A stretch of 64,000 nt of DNA from Candidatus Kaiserbacteria bacterium (GCA_019634005.1 JAHQWD010000003.1:67725-131724); one strand, 5' to 3'; counted from the stretch's first letter, positions 48,018-56,932 are shown. Translations and numbers: made by a program. Notes: a model not told the origin generated them from the letters alone.

Positions 48018-49049
48018 ATGACAGACCACGTAGCACTGTATCGGAAATATAGACCAGAGGCGTTTAAGGATGTACGGAATCAAGACCACATTGTGTCTGT
48101 ACTGGAAGGCGCAGTGAATAAAGGAAACATCCCGCATGCACTTCTCTTTACTGGTTCACGTGGTACGGGGAAAACGACCGTCGCACGTATTTTTGCACAC
48201 GCTATCGGTGCCAAGGACGTCGACATATACGAAATTGATGGTGCATCGAATCGGAAGATAGAACATGCACGAGAACTGCTCGAACAAGTACATACACACC
48301 CCTATGAGTCTCCATACAAGGTGTACATCATTGATGAGGTACATATGCTCACGAAAGAGGCGTTCAATGCACTTTTGAAGACACTTGAAGAGCCACCAGA
48401 GTATGTGGTCTTTATCCTTGCCACGACAGAGCAGGATAAGGTACTTGATACCATTATCTCTCGATGTCAGGTGTTCCAGTTTCGTGCGCCAGGACGTGAT
48501 GTACTCCGAGATACGGTACTTTCCGTTGCAAAGAAAGAGAAGTTCAAACTTGATGCAGAGGCGGCAGACCTGATTGCAACTGCGGCAGATGGCTCCTTCC
48601 GTGATGCACTTGGTGTGACACAGAAAGTGATCATGGCATCAGATGGTGACAAAGCGTCTGTGGATGAAGTTGCACATATTGTCGGGGCACCAAAAACTGC
48701 ACTGCTTCTTAATCTCATCTCTGCACTGCATGAGAAGGATGTAGAGAAGGGACTCCAAGTGGTGCAGGATGCAGTTGATGCACATGTGGATATGAAACTC
48801 TTCGTGCGCCTCCTTCTTGAAAGAGTGCGTGCGATTATCCTTGCGCGTCATACCAAGAATGACGAGGTACTCTCTGGATACTCCGAGGAAGAACAGAAAT
48901 TGTTTGGGGAATATGCAAAGGACCTCAAGTCCCCGATACATTCGCACTTGTTGCTCCGTCTCCTTTCTGCATCTGCGGAAACGGGGAAGACGTATCTATC
49001 ACACCTTCCGTTGGAACTTGCGGTGGTGGAGTTGTGTGCTCCGAAGTAG
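48018..49049 (+). CDS. DNA polymerase III clamp-loader AAA+ subunit (gamma/tau-like, dnaX; possibly delta-prime)
   Basis: YRPEAFKDVRNQDHIV, Walker A GSRGTGKTT, Walker B DEVHML, SRC motif SRCQVF. Confidence 0.7.
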   Translation: MTDHVALYRKYRPEAFKDVRNQDHIVSVLEGAVNKGNIPHALLFTGSRGTGKTTVARIFAHAIGAKDVDIYEIDGASNRKIEHARELLEQVHTHPYESPYKVYIIDEVHMLTKEAFNALLKTLEEPPEYVVFILATTEQDKVLDTIISRCQVFQFRAPGRDVLRDTVLSVAKKEKFKLDAEAADLIATAADGSFRDALGVTQKVIMASDGDKASVDEVAHIVGAPKTALLLNLISALHEKDVEKGLQVVQDAVDAHVDMKLFVRLLLERVRAIILARHTKNDEVLSGYSEEEQKLFGEYAKDLKSPIHSHLLLRLLSASAETGKTYLSHLPLELAVVELCAPK

Positions 49050-49073
49050 GTTTTGTGGTATAAAAGTGAACAT

Positions 49074-49143
49074 TGCCCGATCGTCTAATGGCAGGACGCT
49101 TGGTTTTGGTCCAAGAAATTGGGGTTCGAGTCCCTGTCGGGCA
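49074..49143 (+). tRNA. tRNA-Gln (anticodon UUG), CCA not encoded
   Basis: Acceptor tgcccga/tcgggca, anticodon stem-loop cttgg-ttTTGgt-ccaag, T-arm tgggg-ttcgagt-ccctg. Hmm, T-arm read as tgggg... by eye. Discriminator G. Confidence 0.75.
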
Positions 49144-49316
49144 GCTGTCAAGGAGGGGACACCGTCTAGGGTGTGACATCCGCCTTTATTTTGAGTCATA
49201 TTTTACGAGCAAAAAGTTCTGAACTTTTGTGGTTTTTATGCACACCCCAAAGGTATTTCCGAACTCTCTTCAGCATGTGATTATGCAGGTGTTCTATAAG
49301 CATAATCACCGCACAT

Positions 49317-49505
49317 ATGCAGAAACGTAGAGTGGTCGTCAGAGACCCCAAAGATCTCCCACACATCGATCCCAAGGATTACGTCTTCTCTGAAGAAACG
49401 GTCAGGTCACTGACCGAACTCGCACTGCTTCTCAACGATATTGAGATGGAGGAGAGGGCTGAGGCGGAGAAGGGAAACAAGAAACATATTAACCATAGAC
49501 ACTGA
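49317..49505 (+). CDS. Small hypothetical ORF (62 aa) preceded by an 11-bp inverted repeat
   Basis: The ORF is immediately downstream of gtgattatgc-N13-gcataatcac. There is no clear SD. Confidence 0.2.
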   Translation: MQKRRVVVRDPKDLPHIDPKDYVFSEETVRSLTELALLLNDIEMEERAEAEKGNKKHINHRH

Positions 49506-49595
49506 CACCCAGTTTCGCCATCGGTAGCTTCTATACATCTTTAGGTGTAGAATTCAGTTATTACCAACTCATATTGCAAATTAAGGCGAGCATGT

Positions 49596-52241
49596 ATGGC
49601 CGCAGACCCCATTGATGATATCGAAAAATGGTCCCAAGACCTTGTCCCTTGGAAACGAGACGTCTTGAGGCGACTAGCAACAGGCGCAGAGTTTTCTGAG
49701 GCTGACTACAGTTCGACGCTTTCAATGGTCAAAGAAATTGCAGGCTTTAAGCTCTCCTCCAAGCCACCGGCCGCCATACCTTTTACGAAAAGCCATTTTG
49801 CTGCAGGCGCTACTACACCACTTACCCTTAAGGGCATCACCAACATCCAGAACATCAATCAACTTACCGCTAATGCCCAGCTAGATTTTTGCCCTAAAGC
49901 ATTGACGATTATTTATGGTCGGAACGGAAGCGGAAAGAGTGGCTTTGCCCGCATCTTAAGGACTGCATGTCGGACGAGAATAGAGAACCCAGCAAAACTC
50001 AAAGTTCTATCTGACGTATATGGAGACAGCTCGGGCCCCCAAGCCGCTGATATCGTAATAGACAACGGTAGTGGTGACACATCAATAAAATGGACACCAG
50101 GCCAAACTGCCATCGCAGAGCTGATGCAAGTTGCGGTATTCGATACAGTCTCTGCACAACTGTATGTGGACAATGGAAATCAAATCCGTTTTCTCCCGTT
50201 CGGGCTAGCGTTGCCGCATAGGCTCAATACCGTATGTTTGCAGTTGAAAGAAATACTGGAGGCTGAGCGAAAATCTGAAGTTGGTAACAAGGTGAGTATG
50301 ACGGCAATTAACTTCGACGTCACGCAAGATACTAAGGCACAGAAATTTGAAAGATCGTTAAGTCAAGCTACTACTGATACCGCGATTGCTACAGCAGCAA
50401 AGTTTACCTCCGACGACGAAGCTCGGCTGGAAGAAATTCGGAAGGCTCTATCTGCAGGAGACGCTGCGCTTGCCGATCTGACGGCATTTGAGAAATGGTT
50501 AAGGGACTTAGCGACAGAATGCGAAGAAGCGGAAAAAGGATTCTCAGATAAAGAATTAAAGGCACTTGAAAAGATATACGAAGAGGCACGGTCTGCCCGT
50601 ACCGCGGCAACTGTTGCTGCAAAAGCAATGTTCACTGATGAGCCATTGCCCGGCGTGGGAAGCAAGAGCTGGAGAGCTCTTTGGCATGCTGCTCGCGATT
50701 TCTCTGTACAAGAAGCCTATGTTGACCGCGATTTTCCAATAACCCTTGAAGACGACGCTGCAGCGGCATGTGTACTGTGTCAACAGCCTTTAACTTCTGA
50801 TGCCTCTGCTCGCATGAAGCGCTTCCAGAAGTATTTAGACGACACACTCGGCGTGGCCGCTACCAAAGCTGAAGGAATTGTATCCGAAGCGCAGAAGAAC
50901 CTTAAGACGATTGAATTGCTGGAAGCGTCCGACTTTGAGGCTCGCGTCGAACAGGTAAGGAAACGAAACAATTCTCTCGCAGATGCGCTGGCAACTTTTA
51001 AAACCACGGTAAAGAAACGGAGAGCAATTGCGTCCTCTTACTTATCTGGTGAAGAGGCCGAAACCGCGCCATTGCTGGTGAGCGTTGTTAAAGCACTTAC
51101 AGAACTGCTACAAAAAATTCAGAAGGAGAAAGAAGCGCTAGAGAAAGCAAACAATGCCCCCGATCGGGCGCTACTTGTTGCGGAAAAAGCGGAGCTGGAA
51201 GATCTAAAAACACTCGCAGCGAATAAGGACCGCCTCACAACCCGACGAGACCTACTCCGCCTAGATCATGCATATGCCAAGGCACTTACTCAAGTTGGGA
51301 CTACGGGTATTACTCGGCGCGCAAACGATCTTATCGATACCCACCTTACAAGCGCGGTTGTAAAGCAGTTTGATACAGAGCGTGAACGTTTTGAAATCAT
51401 GCACCTTAAGATAGGTCTGGCTCGACGAAGTGGGCAAACAAAAGCAGAGTTTGATGTTAGCCCGCAGACCAAATTGACGAGGGTCACCTCCGAAATACTT
51501 AGTGAGGGAGAACAGCGGGCGTTGGCACTAGCTGGTTTTTTGACTGAAGTCGAATTGACTGATGGTAAAGGCCCAATTGTAATTGACGACCCAGTATCTT
51601 CGCTGGACCGAGATAGAAGTATCAAGGTTGCTGAACGAATTGCAGAAGAAGCGACTAAACGTCAGGTGATTGTCTTTACCCATGACATGGTCTTTTTCAA
51701 TGAGTTAAGCAAGGCTGCAGACTCGCTGGGTATTGAACCCGTAACCGTTGGCCTTTTCCGAGATAAGGACGCAGCAGGGAAAGTAGACCCAGCGGGGGTA
51801 TCTTGGAAGGGTCTAAATGTTTCCAAGCGCATAGGTAAAATTAAGAATGATTCTGCATCACTGGCCAAATTGTACAAGACGAGTCCTTCTGACTACGAGA
51901 TGCGAGTAAAGGGCCTGTATGGTCGATTACGCGACACCTATGAGCGCGCTGTTGAAGAGGTGATCTTTAACGATATCGTGCGCCGAGGAACGGATGTGAT
52001 CCAAACACAGTTGCTTCGGAAAGTACGTTTGTCTGATGGGCTAGCAATTCGCTTTTATGAAGGGATGACCAAGGCAAATACGCACAGTCATGACAATCCC
52101 GCTTCTGACACCGTGCCAGTCCCCACGCCAGACGAATTCAAAAATGATATCGCTGCTTTTGAAAAGTTGATTGTTGATCTCAAGGCAGAGGGTGTGGCTG
52201 CCGAGGCCGCACGACCTCAAATGAAACCCAAAAAGGATTAA
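49596..52241 (+). CDS. Rad50/RloC-like ABC ATPase with coiled-coil CxxC zinc hook and a C-terminal R-x3-E...H module (putative anticodon-nuclease-type defense protein)
   Basis: Walker A IIYGRNGSGKSGF (about aa 105). A roughly 500-aa insertion with heptad-like Ala/Glu/Lys-rich stretches. CVLC at about aa 392 in its middle. ABC signature LSEGEQRALALA, Walker B IVIDDPVSSLD, H-loop VIVFTHD. The C-terminal 190 aa contains GRLRDTYERAVEE and THSH. Confidence 0.6.
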   Translation: MAADPIDDIEKWSQDLVPWKRDVLRRLATGAEFSEADYSSTLSMVKEIAGFKLSSKPPAAIPFTKSHFAAGATTPLTLKGITNIQNINQLTANAQLDFCPKALTIIYGRNGSGKSGFARILRTACRTRIENPAKLKVLSDVYGDSSGPQAADIVIDNGSGDTSIKWTPGQTAIAELMQVAVFDTVSAQLYVDNGNQIRFLPFGLALPHRLNTVCLQLKEILEAERKSEVGNKVSMTAINFDVTQDTKAQKFERSLSQATTDTAIATAAKFTSDDEARLEEIRKALSAGDAALADLTAFEKWLRDLATECEEAEKGFSDKELKALEKIYEEARSARTAATVAAKAMFTDEPLPGVGSKSWRALWHAARDFSVQEAYVDRDFPITLEDDAAAACVLCQQPLTSDASARMKRFQKYLDDTLGVAATKAEGIVSEAQKNLKTIELLEASDFEARVEQVRKRNNSLADALATFKTTVKKRRAIASSYLSGEEAETAPLLVSVVKALTELLQKIQKEKEALEKANNAPDRALLVAEKAELEDLKTLAANKDRLTTRRDLLRLDHAYAKALTQVGTTGITRRANDLIDTHLTSAVVKQFDTERERFEIMHLKIGLARRSGQTKAEFDVSPQTKLTRVTSEILSEGEQRALALAGFLTEVELTDGKGPIVIDDPVSSLDRDRSIKVAERIAEEATKRQVIVFTHDMVFFNELSKAADSLGIEPVTVGLFRDKDAAGKVDPAGVSWKGLNVSKRIGKIKNDSASLAKLYKTSPSDYEMRVKGLYGRLRDTYERAVEEVIFNDIVRRGTDVIQTQLLRKVRLSDGLAIRFYEGMTKANTHSHDNPASDTVPVPTPDEFKNDIAAFEKLIVDLKAEGVAAEAARPQMKPKKD

Positions 52242-52277
52242 TCAATACATAAATCAAGCTTTCAGCCCCGAAACCAA

Positions 52278-52868
52278 ATGACTTCATTCTTATATTTTGC
52301 ATACGGCTCAAACATGTTGACTGAACGTCTGGTTAGACGTTGCGAGAGCGCTTCTGTGGTAGGTGTTGCCGAGGTTTCTTCATGTCAGTTGCGCTTTAAC
52401 AAGATCAGCAAGTCTGATGGCTCAGGTAAAGGTTCTATAGAGAGCACTGACCAACAGTCTGATAAAGTCTATGGGGTTGTCTTTCGGATTAATTCCGACG
52501 AATTAGACGATCTAGATAAGTTTGAAGGATATGGTAGCGGCTATGATCGTGACGACAAATTGCCAGCCACACTAGTCGGTAAAGGTCTGCCCATTGAAGC
52601 AACAACGTACGTTGCTACGGATATTGATGACAAGTTATACCCTTATGACTGGTACCTAGCGCTAGTTATTGCAGGAGCTAGAGAACACCATCTTCCTATA
52701 GAATATGTCGCAGCGGTTGAAAATGTGACCCATGTTCCTGATCCTGATGAAAATCGCAGATCACGGAAGGAAGCACTTGATATCCTAAAGGCAACAGACA
52801 ATTGGGATCTATATCTCAGGTTGGTAAAGGCTGCTAACCGAGGAGTGGGAACCGGGGTGGGGTATTAG
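52278..52868 (+). CDS. Gamma-glutamyl cyclotransferase (GGCT/AIG2)-like protein with an approx. 80-aa C-terminal extension
   Basis: N-terminal LYFAYGSNM...RL..R, downstream VYGVVFRI...LD..EG....Y.R. Only 36 nt after the RloC-like gene, on the same strand. Confidence 0.65.
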   Translation: MTSFLYFAYGSNMLTERLVRRCESASVVGVAEVSSCQLRFNKISKSDGSGKGSIESTDQQSDKVYGVVFRINSDELDDLDKFEGYGSGYDRDDKLPATLVGKGLPIEATTYVATDIDDKLYPYDWYLALVIAGAREHHLPIEYVAAVENVTHVPDPDENRRSRKEALDILKATDNWDLYLRLVKAANRGVGTGVGY

Positions 52869-53040
52869 CTCTCCTCAAGCAACGCCTTCAATTCCACAAT
52901 GCTTTCCTTAATCTCGCAAGGATTGACAAGTTCTGAAATCCATGCTGTGGGGCAGCAGCTTAGAGGTAGGTTCGGTTTCCGAACTGCATCGAAAGTCACC
53001 ATACAGTTATTGAAGACGCCGCAGGCGAATCCAGACAGAA

Positions 53041-53067
53041 AGACCGTCCGAAAGGACGGCTTTTTTG
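53041..53067 (+). terminator. Intrinsic terminator (ccgtcc-GAAA-ggacgg plus TTTTTT) after the GGCT-like gene
   Basis: Seen in sequence. Confidence 0.6.
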
Positions 53068-53106
53068 TTAAACAAATTATGCCAAGTTAGACATTCTTTG
53101 ATTGAA

Positions 53107-53467
53107 ATGGAAAATACGAAATCGCTCGAAGATTTTACACCTGAGTTGAGAAAGAAGATTCTCGAGAAGGATGGTTATAGATGTGTTGTATGTGGACGGG
53201 GGAGAGATGAAGGAGTGGAACTTCATGTGGACCACATCAAGGCAAAAAGATCTTGGAGGGAAAGCAACGTATGAGAATGGTCAAACACTGTGCGCGCAAC
53301 ATAATTTCTTGAAAAAGAACCTCAAGCAGACAGAAATGGGGAAGAAACTCCTTATAAGACTCTATGAACTTTCACAGACAAAGAGAGATAAAAAGTTGAT
53401 GGAATTTACTACAGAAATCCTTGCGGTCTTTGAGAAGAATAATATTGATGACCAGATAAAATGGTAA
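53107..53467 (+). pseudogene. HNH endonuclease, disrupted by a +1 frameshift at an A5 run (about 53245-53249)
   Basis: Frame 1 reads CVVCGRG...ELHVDHIKAK. Frame 2 continues DLGGKATYENGQTLCAQHNFLKKN. The two halves form one HNH motif. Confidence 0.6.
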
Positions 53468-53476
53468 GATAGACCA

Positions 53477-54553
53477 ATGACAAATGTACTCATTGTGGGA
53501 GCGGGTCCTACAGGACTTACGACTGCTTTAGAACTGACGCGGCAAGGTATTGTGCCAGACATCGTTGATGCGAAGGAGAGTCCCTCGTGGAAATCTCGAG
53601 CAGTTGCAATCCTTCCGCGAAGTATCGAGATATTAAATCGAACGGGAGTGGGTGACCACCTCATACGGGAAGGTGTACGGATCACAAGAGCACATATTCG
53701 ACGAGGGAAGCGATCGCTCCTTGATATTGATCTCTCAAAACTTTTAGATAAAGAAGAGCAGGTCATCGCGCTCGCACAGAATCGAACGGAAATACTCATG
53801 AGCAAACAGCTTGAATCTATGGGTGTCTCTGTCCGATACGATACTAAAGTCACGTCAGTGGCTACATCGGAGACATCTGCAACAGTGACCTTTGCAGATG
53901 GAACAACAAAGACCTATGACTGGGTGGTTGGTGCAGATGGCGTCTTTTCTACTGTTCGAGATTCCGTGCATATTTCATATAATGGATACGAACTTGATGA
54001 AGAGTGGTCTATTGCAGATGTGGAGGTCGCTGAAGAACAGCATCATGGCACTATTAATGCTTGGCTACTTGAAGGTGAGCATAAAACACGAGACGCACTC
54101 GTGATGATCCCTATTGAACGGAATCGGATCCGACTTATCTCTTCAACATCTGATAGCCTTGCAGCACTCCCACTTACTCTAGATGTACAAGATATACGTC
54201 GCACAGGTACATTTAAGATCTCAGTCAGACAGGCAGAGCAGTACATAAAAGGAAGGGTGATTCTTGCGGGAGATGCTGCACACACACATTCTCCCGTCGG
54301 TGGACGAGGTATGAATCTAGGTATTGAGGATGGGCAAGCGATAGCAGATGCGTTGGTGCACAATACCGTGCATACATATGAGGGTAAGAGAAAGCCAAAG
54401 GCTACGAGGGTGATGCGTGGTACTGAGAAGGCACGTAAACTAATCACATCAAACAATCTAGGCATTGTCTTCGGTATCTATGTTGTGACATGGTGTATTC
54501 AACATAGTTATTTTTTACAAAAAAAGTTCGCGAAGAATCTTGCAAAACTCTAA
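53477..54553 (+). CDS. FAD-dependent monooxygenase (UbiH/PheA-type flavoprotein hydroxylase)
   Basis: GxGxxG VLIVGAGPTGLTTALEL, the DG motif VVGADGVFSTVR, and GD-x6-P ILAGDAAHTHSPVGGRGMNLG. Confidence 0.8.
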   Translation: MTNVLIVGAGPTGLTTALELTRQGIVPDIVDAKESPSWKSRAVAILPRSIEILNRTGVGDHLIREGVRITRAHIRRGKRSLLDIDLSKLLDKEEQVIALAQNRTEILMSKQLESMGVSVRYDTKVTSVATSETSATVTFADGTTKTYDWVVGADGVFSTVRDSVHISYNGYELDEEWSIADVEVAEEQHHGTINAWLLEGEHKTRDALVMIPIERNRIRLISSTSDSLAALPLTLDVQDIRRTGTFKISVRQAEQYIKGRVILAGDAAHTHSPVGGRGMNLGIEDGQAIADALVHNTVHTYEGKRKPKATRVMRGTEKARKLITSNNLGIVFGIYVVTWCIQHSYFLQKKFAKNLAKL

Positions 54554-54705
54554 TAAAATAGTTCCTCTTCAAGAAAACTTGACGAAAAGATAAACTTCGA
54601 TACACTAAGATCACACTATGATTTCATTTACACATTACATGCCAAAGCGATGGACAAACCTCGGGAAGGTGTGTTTTGTTGGTATGTAATCTGGAGAAAC
54701 TACAA

Positions 54706-54750
54706 GAACCAAAAATGCCCTTCTCACCCGAGAAGGGCATTTTTGGTTCT
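54706..54750. terminator. Perfect 44-nt palindrome / bidirectional terminator (aaccaaaaatgcccttctc-accc-gagaagggcatttttggtt)
   Basis: Seen in sequence. Confidence 0.6.
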
Positions 54751-54846
54751 TGTATCTCCGTTGTCGATAGGCTGGTGGCGTCTAGAATCCACCAGCCTGG
54801 CGCCAGCGGGGCGCCATTGATCTTTTACAGGAGAGGAGAAGGGCAT

Positions 54847-55908
54847 ATGCCTATCGTTATTGAGAATAACTATGGATCGGTGTCACTTGCCGATCTAGTT
54901 GCATTGCAAAACCAAGGTTTTTCAGTGTTGAAATCTCCACATGTGGGGAACCAGCATCCGAGCAATCTTGTCTGTGCGGCACTCAAGATACCAATGGAAA
55001 TGGTCTCGTTCACACAAGGTGTACGAGACACCAACTTTCATCCACACCTGCTCATCAAAGATGGTGTTGGCAAGCCACTCTATGAGGCAGAAATATGGAC
55101 ACCATTCGGAGTGCTCTCTTGCGGAACATCTGTAACGGAGTTTCATCAGGAATCTCTGAAGACAGTGTTCCCACAAACAGATATCTGCACGGACATCGAA
55201 CGTATGCAGTCTGCACCAGAGCTTGCTGAGATTGTGTTACGGGAGACGAACCAGGCGGTAAAGCAACTCTGGTATCGTAAGACATGCGCCGAGGGCATCG
55301 TTACATCTGTGAAGGGTGTCAATCACTTGTCTGAGCAGGCTTTGGAAACACAGGTATTTCAGATCACGAATCCTACAGATGGTTGGATTATACCGAATCG
55401 TGTACATGCACTCTTTGATTTCGTATGGCAGTCTCTTAGCTCGGGTCGCGACACGATATATCATCTATCTGGTCCACAGATGGTTGGCTATATCGGCGGC
55501 ATCAAAAAAAGCCTCTGCGCAGGCTATGATGCGATTCGGAAAGTTATACCAGATCTTCCAGAGGTATTGATTGTCCGTGTTGTGCCTGTGGCGCCATGTC
55601 GTTTTGTGACACTCTGCTCACGTGCGGGAGCGCTTGCGGCGATCAGTGATGTGGTCCGTTGGTATGAGGCATTGCCGAACGAAGATCGTCGGTATGCACG
55701 AGACCGTTTTACGGAAGTGGTGACAGCATATCCAGAATTTACGCAACCAATCACTTCGGGTGCGTATATTTCTCAGCATGACATCGCCTCGGCGGGTGAC
55801 CTACTTCTCGACTCGTGGATGCTTGAGACGCCGCTATCTCGAGTTGGAGCAATCTACCAAAATCTGATGAAGGCACAAGAGATATGTGCGCATCGGAAAG
55901 CGGCTTAA
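54847..55908 (+). CDS. Hypothetical protein (354 aa), start reassigned downstream of the palindromic terminator
   Basis: The ATG at 54847 is preceded by GGAGAGGAGAAGGG. The listed ORF start at 54676 would read through the terminator. No motif recognised. Confidence 0.45.
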   Translation: MPIVIENNYGSVSLADLVALQNQGFSVLKSPHVGNQHPSNLVCAALKIPMEMVSFTQGVRDTNFHPHLLIKDGVGKPLYEAEIWTPFGVLSCGTSVTEFHQESLKTVFPQTDICTDIERMQSAPELAEIVLRETNQAVKQLWYRKTCAEGIVTSVKGVNHLSEQALETQVFQITNPTDGWIIPNRVHALFDFVWQSLSSGRDTIYHLSGPQMVGYIGGIKKSLCAGYDAIRKVIPDLPEVLIVRVVPVAPCRFVTLCSRAGALAAISDVVRWYEALPNEDRRYARDRFTEVVTAYPEFTQPITSGAYISQHDIASAGDLLLDSWMLETPLSRVGAIYQNLMKAQEICAHRKAA

Positions 55909-55909
55909 C

Positions 55910-55947
55910 AATTCCAGCGCTACGTGCGCGTGGCGCTGGAATTTTAA
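55910..55947 (+). terminator. Intrinsic terminator (aattccagcgc-tacgtgcgcgt-ggcgctggaatt plus T-run)
   Basis: Seen in sequence. Confidence 0.5.
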
Positions 55948-55964
55948 TACTAAATTAAAACACT

Positions 55965-56903
55965 ATGAAAATTTTTGATCTACACCAAGACCTGCTCATG
56001 CACGTACGCTTTAGAGATCAGTTTGGACAGACTGACCAGACGAGCTTTGAAGCTATAGAGGAAAGCGATATTGATCTCGTGGTTGCGACTGCGTTTCCAA
56101 CTCCACCAAATGATGACCACACCCACGAGAGTGTTCCGGCACTTATCACAGAGGAATTGGAGATGTATCAAGAGTTTATAAAGAGAAACCCAACATGGCA
56201 GCTAGTCTTAAATGCGGCCGATCTTGAAAAGGAAGGACAAAAGATACTACTCCACCTTGAGGGGCTCAACGTATTTGATGGCTCTTCTTCAGCATGGGAA
56301 CAGCTCGATGCATGGAGGAATCTTGGTGTCCGCTCCATCAGTAGTCACTGGATTATTCAAAATGATCTCGGAGGCGGCACGCTACAACCGGAAGAGGGTC
56401 TCACGGAGCTTGGGAAGGAACTTATCACCTATCTTGAGAAGAACAATGTGGTGTTTGATATGGCGCACATGAGCAGGACTTCTTTCTGGAACGCTGTTAA
56501 AGTTATACGTCGTCCAATCTACATTAGTCACGGGAACGCTGATGCGGTGTGTAACAATGTGCGCAATTATACTGATGAGCAACTTAAGGTGGTAGCAGAG
56601 ACAGACGGTGTGATCGGTGTTTTCTTCCCGAATACTTTTGTTGTTGGAAAAGAAAAAAAGAGCACCGTTTTGGATGTCGTTATGCACATCAACTACATTA
56701 AGAATCTTATTGGCATTAGGCACATCGCGTTAGGTAGTGATTTTGGAGGCATCATTACGGGCTGTGTAGAAGGATTATCACACGTACGTGATTATCCAAA
56801 TCTCATTACAGCACTTTCCGATGCAGGGTATACGGATGAGGAGATAGAACAGATTACCTACAGAAATGCAAAGAGAGTCTTAAGAGAACACTTGGAGGGA
56901 TAA
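55965..56903 (+). CDS. Membrane dipeptidase (peptidase family M19)
   Basis: DLHQD N-terminal metal motif, FDMAHMS, ISHGNA, ALGSDFGG, the M19 pattern. Confidence 0.7.
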   Translation: MKIFDLHQDLLMHVRFRDQFGQTDQTSFEAIEESDIDLVVATAFPTPPNDDHTHESVPALITEELEMYQEFIKRNPTWQLVLNAADLEKEGQKILLHLEGLNVFDGSSSAWEQLDAWRNLGVRSISSHWIIQNDLGGGTLQPEEGLTELGKELITYLEKNNVVFDMAHMSRTSFWNAVKVIRRPIYISHGNADAVCNNVRNYTDEQLKVVAETDGVIGVFFPNTFVVGKEKKSTVLDVVMHINYIKNLIGIRHIALGSDFGGIITGCVEGLSHVRDYPNLITALSDAGYTDEEIEQITYRNAKRVLREHLEG

Positions 56904-56932
56904 GGGAATCCAGTACGTGCTACACTACAGCT

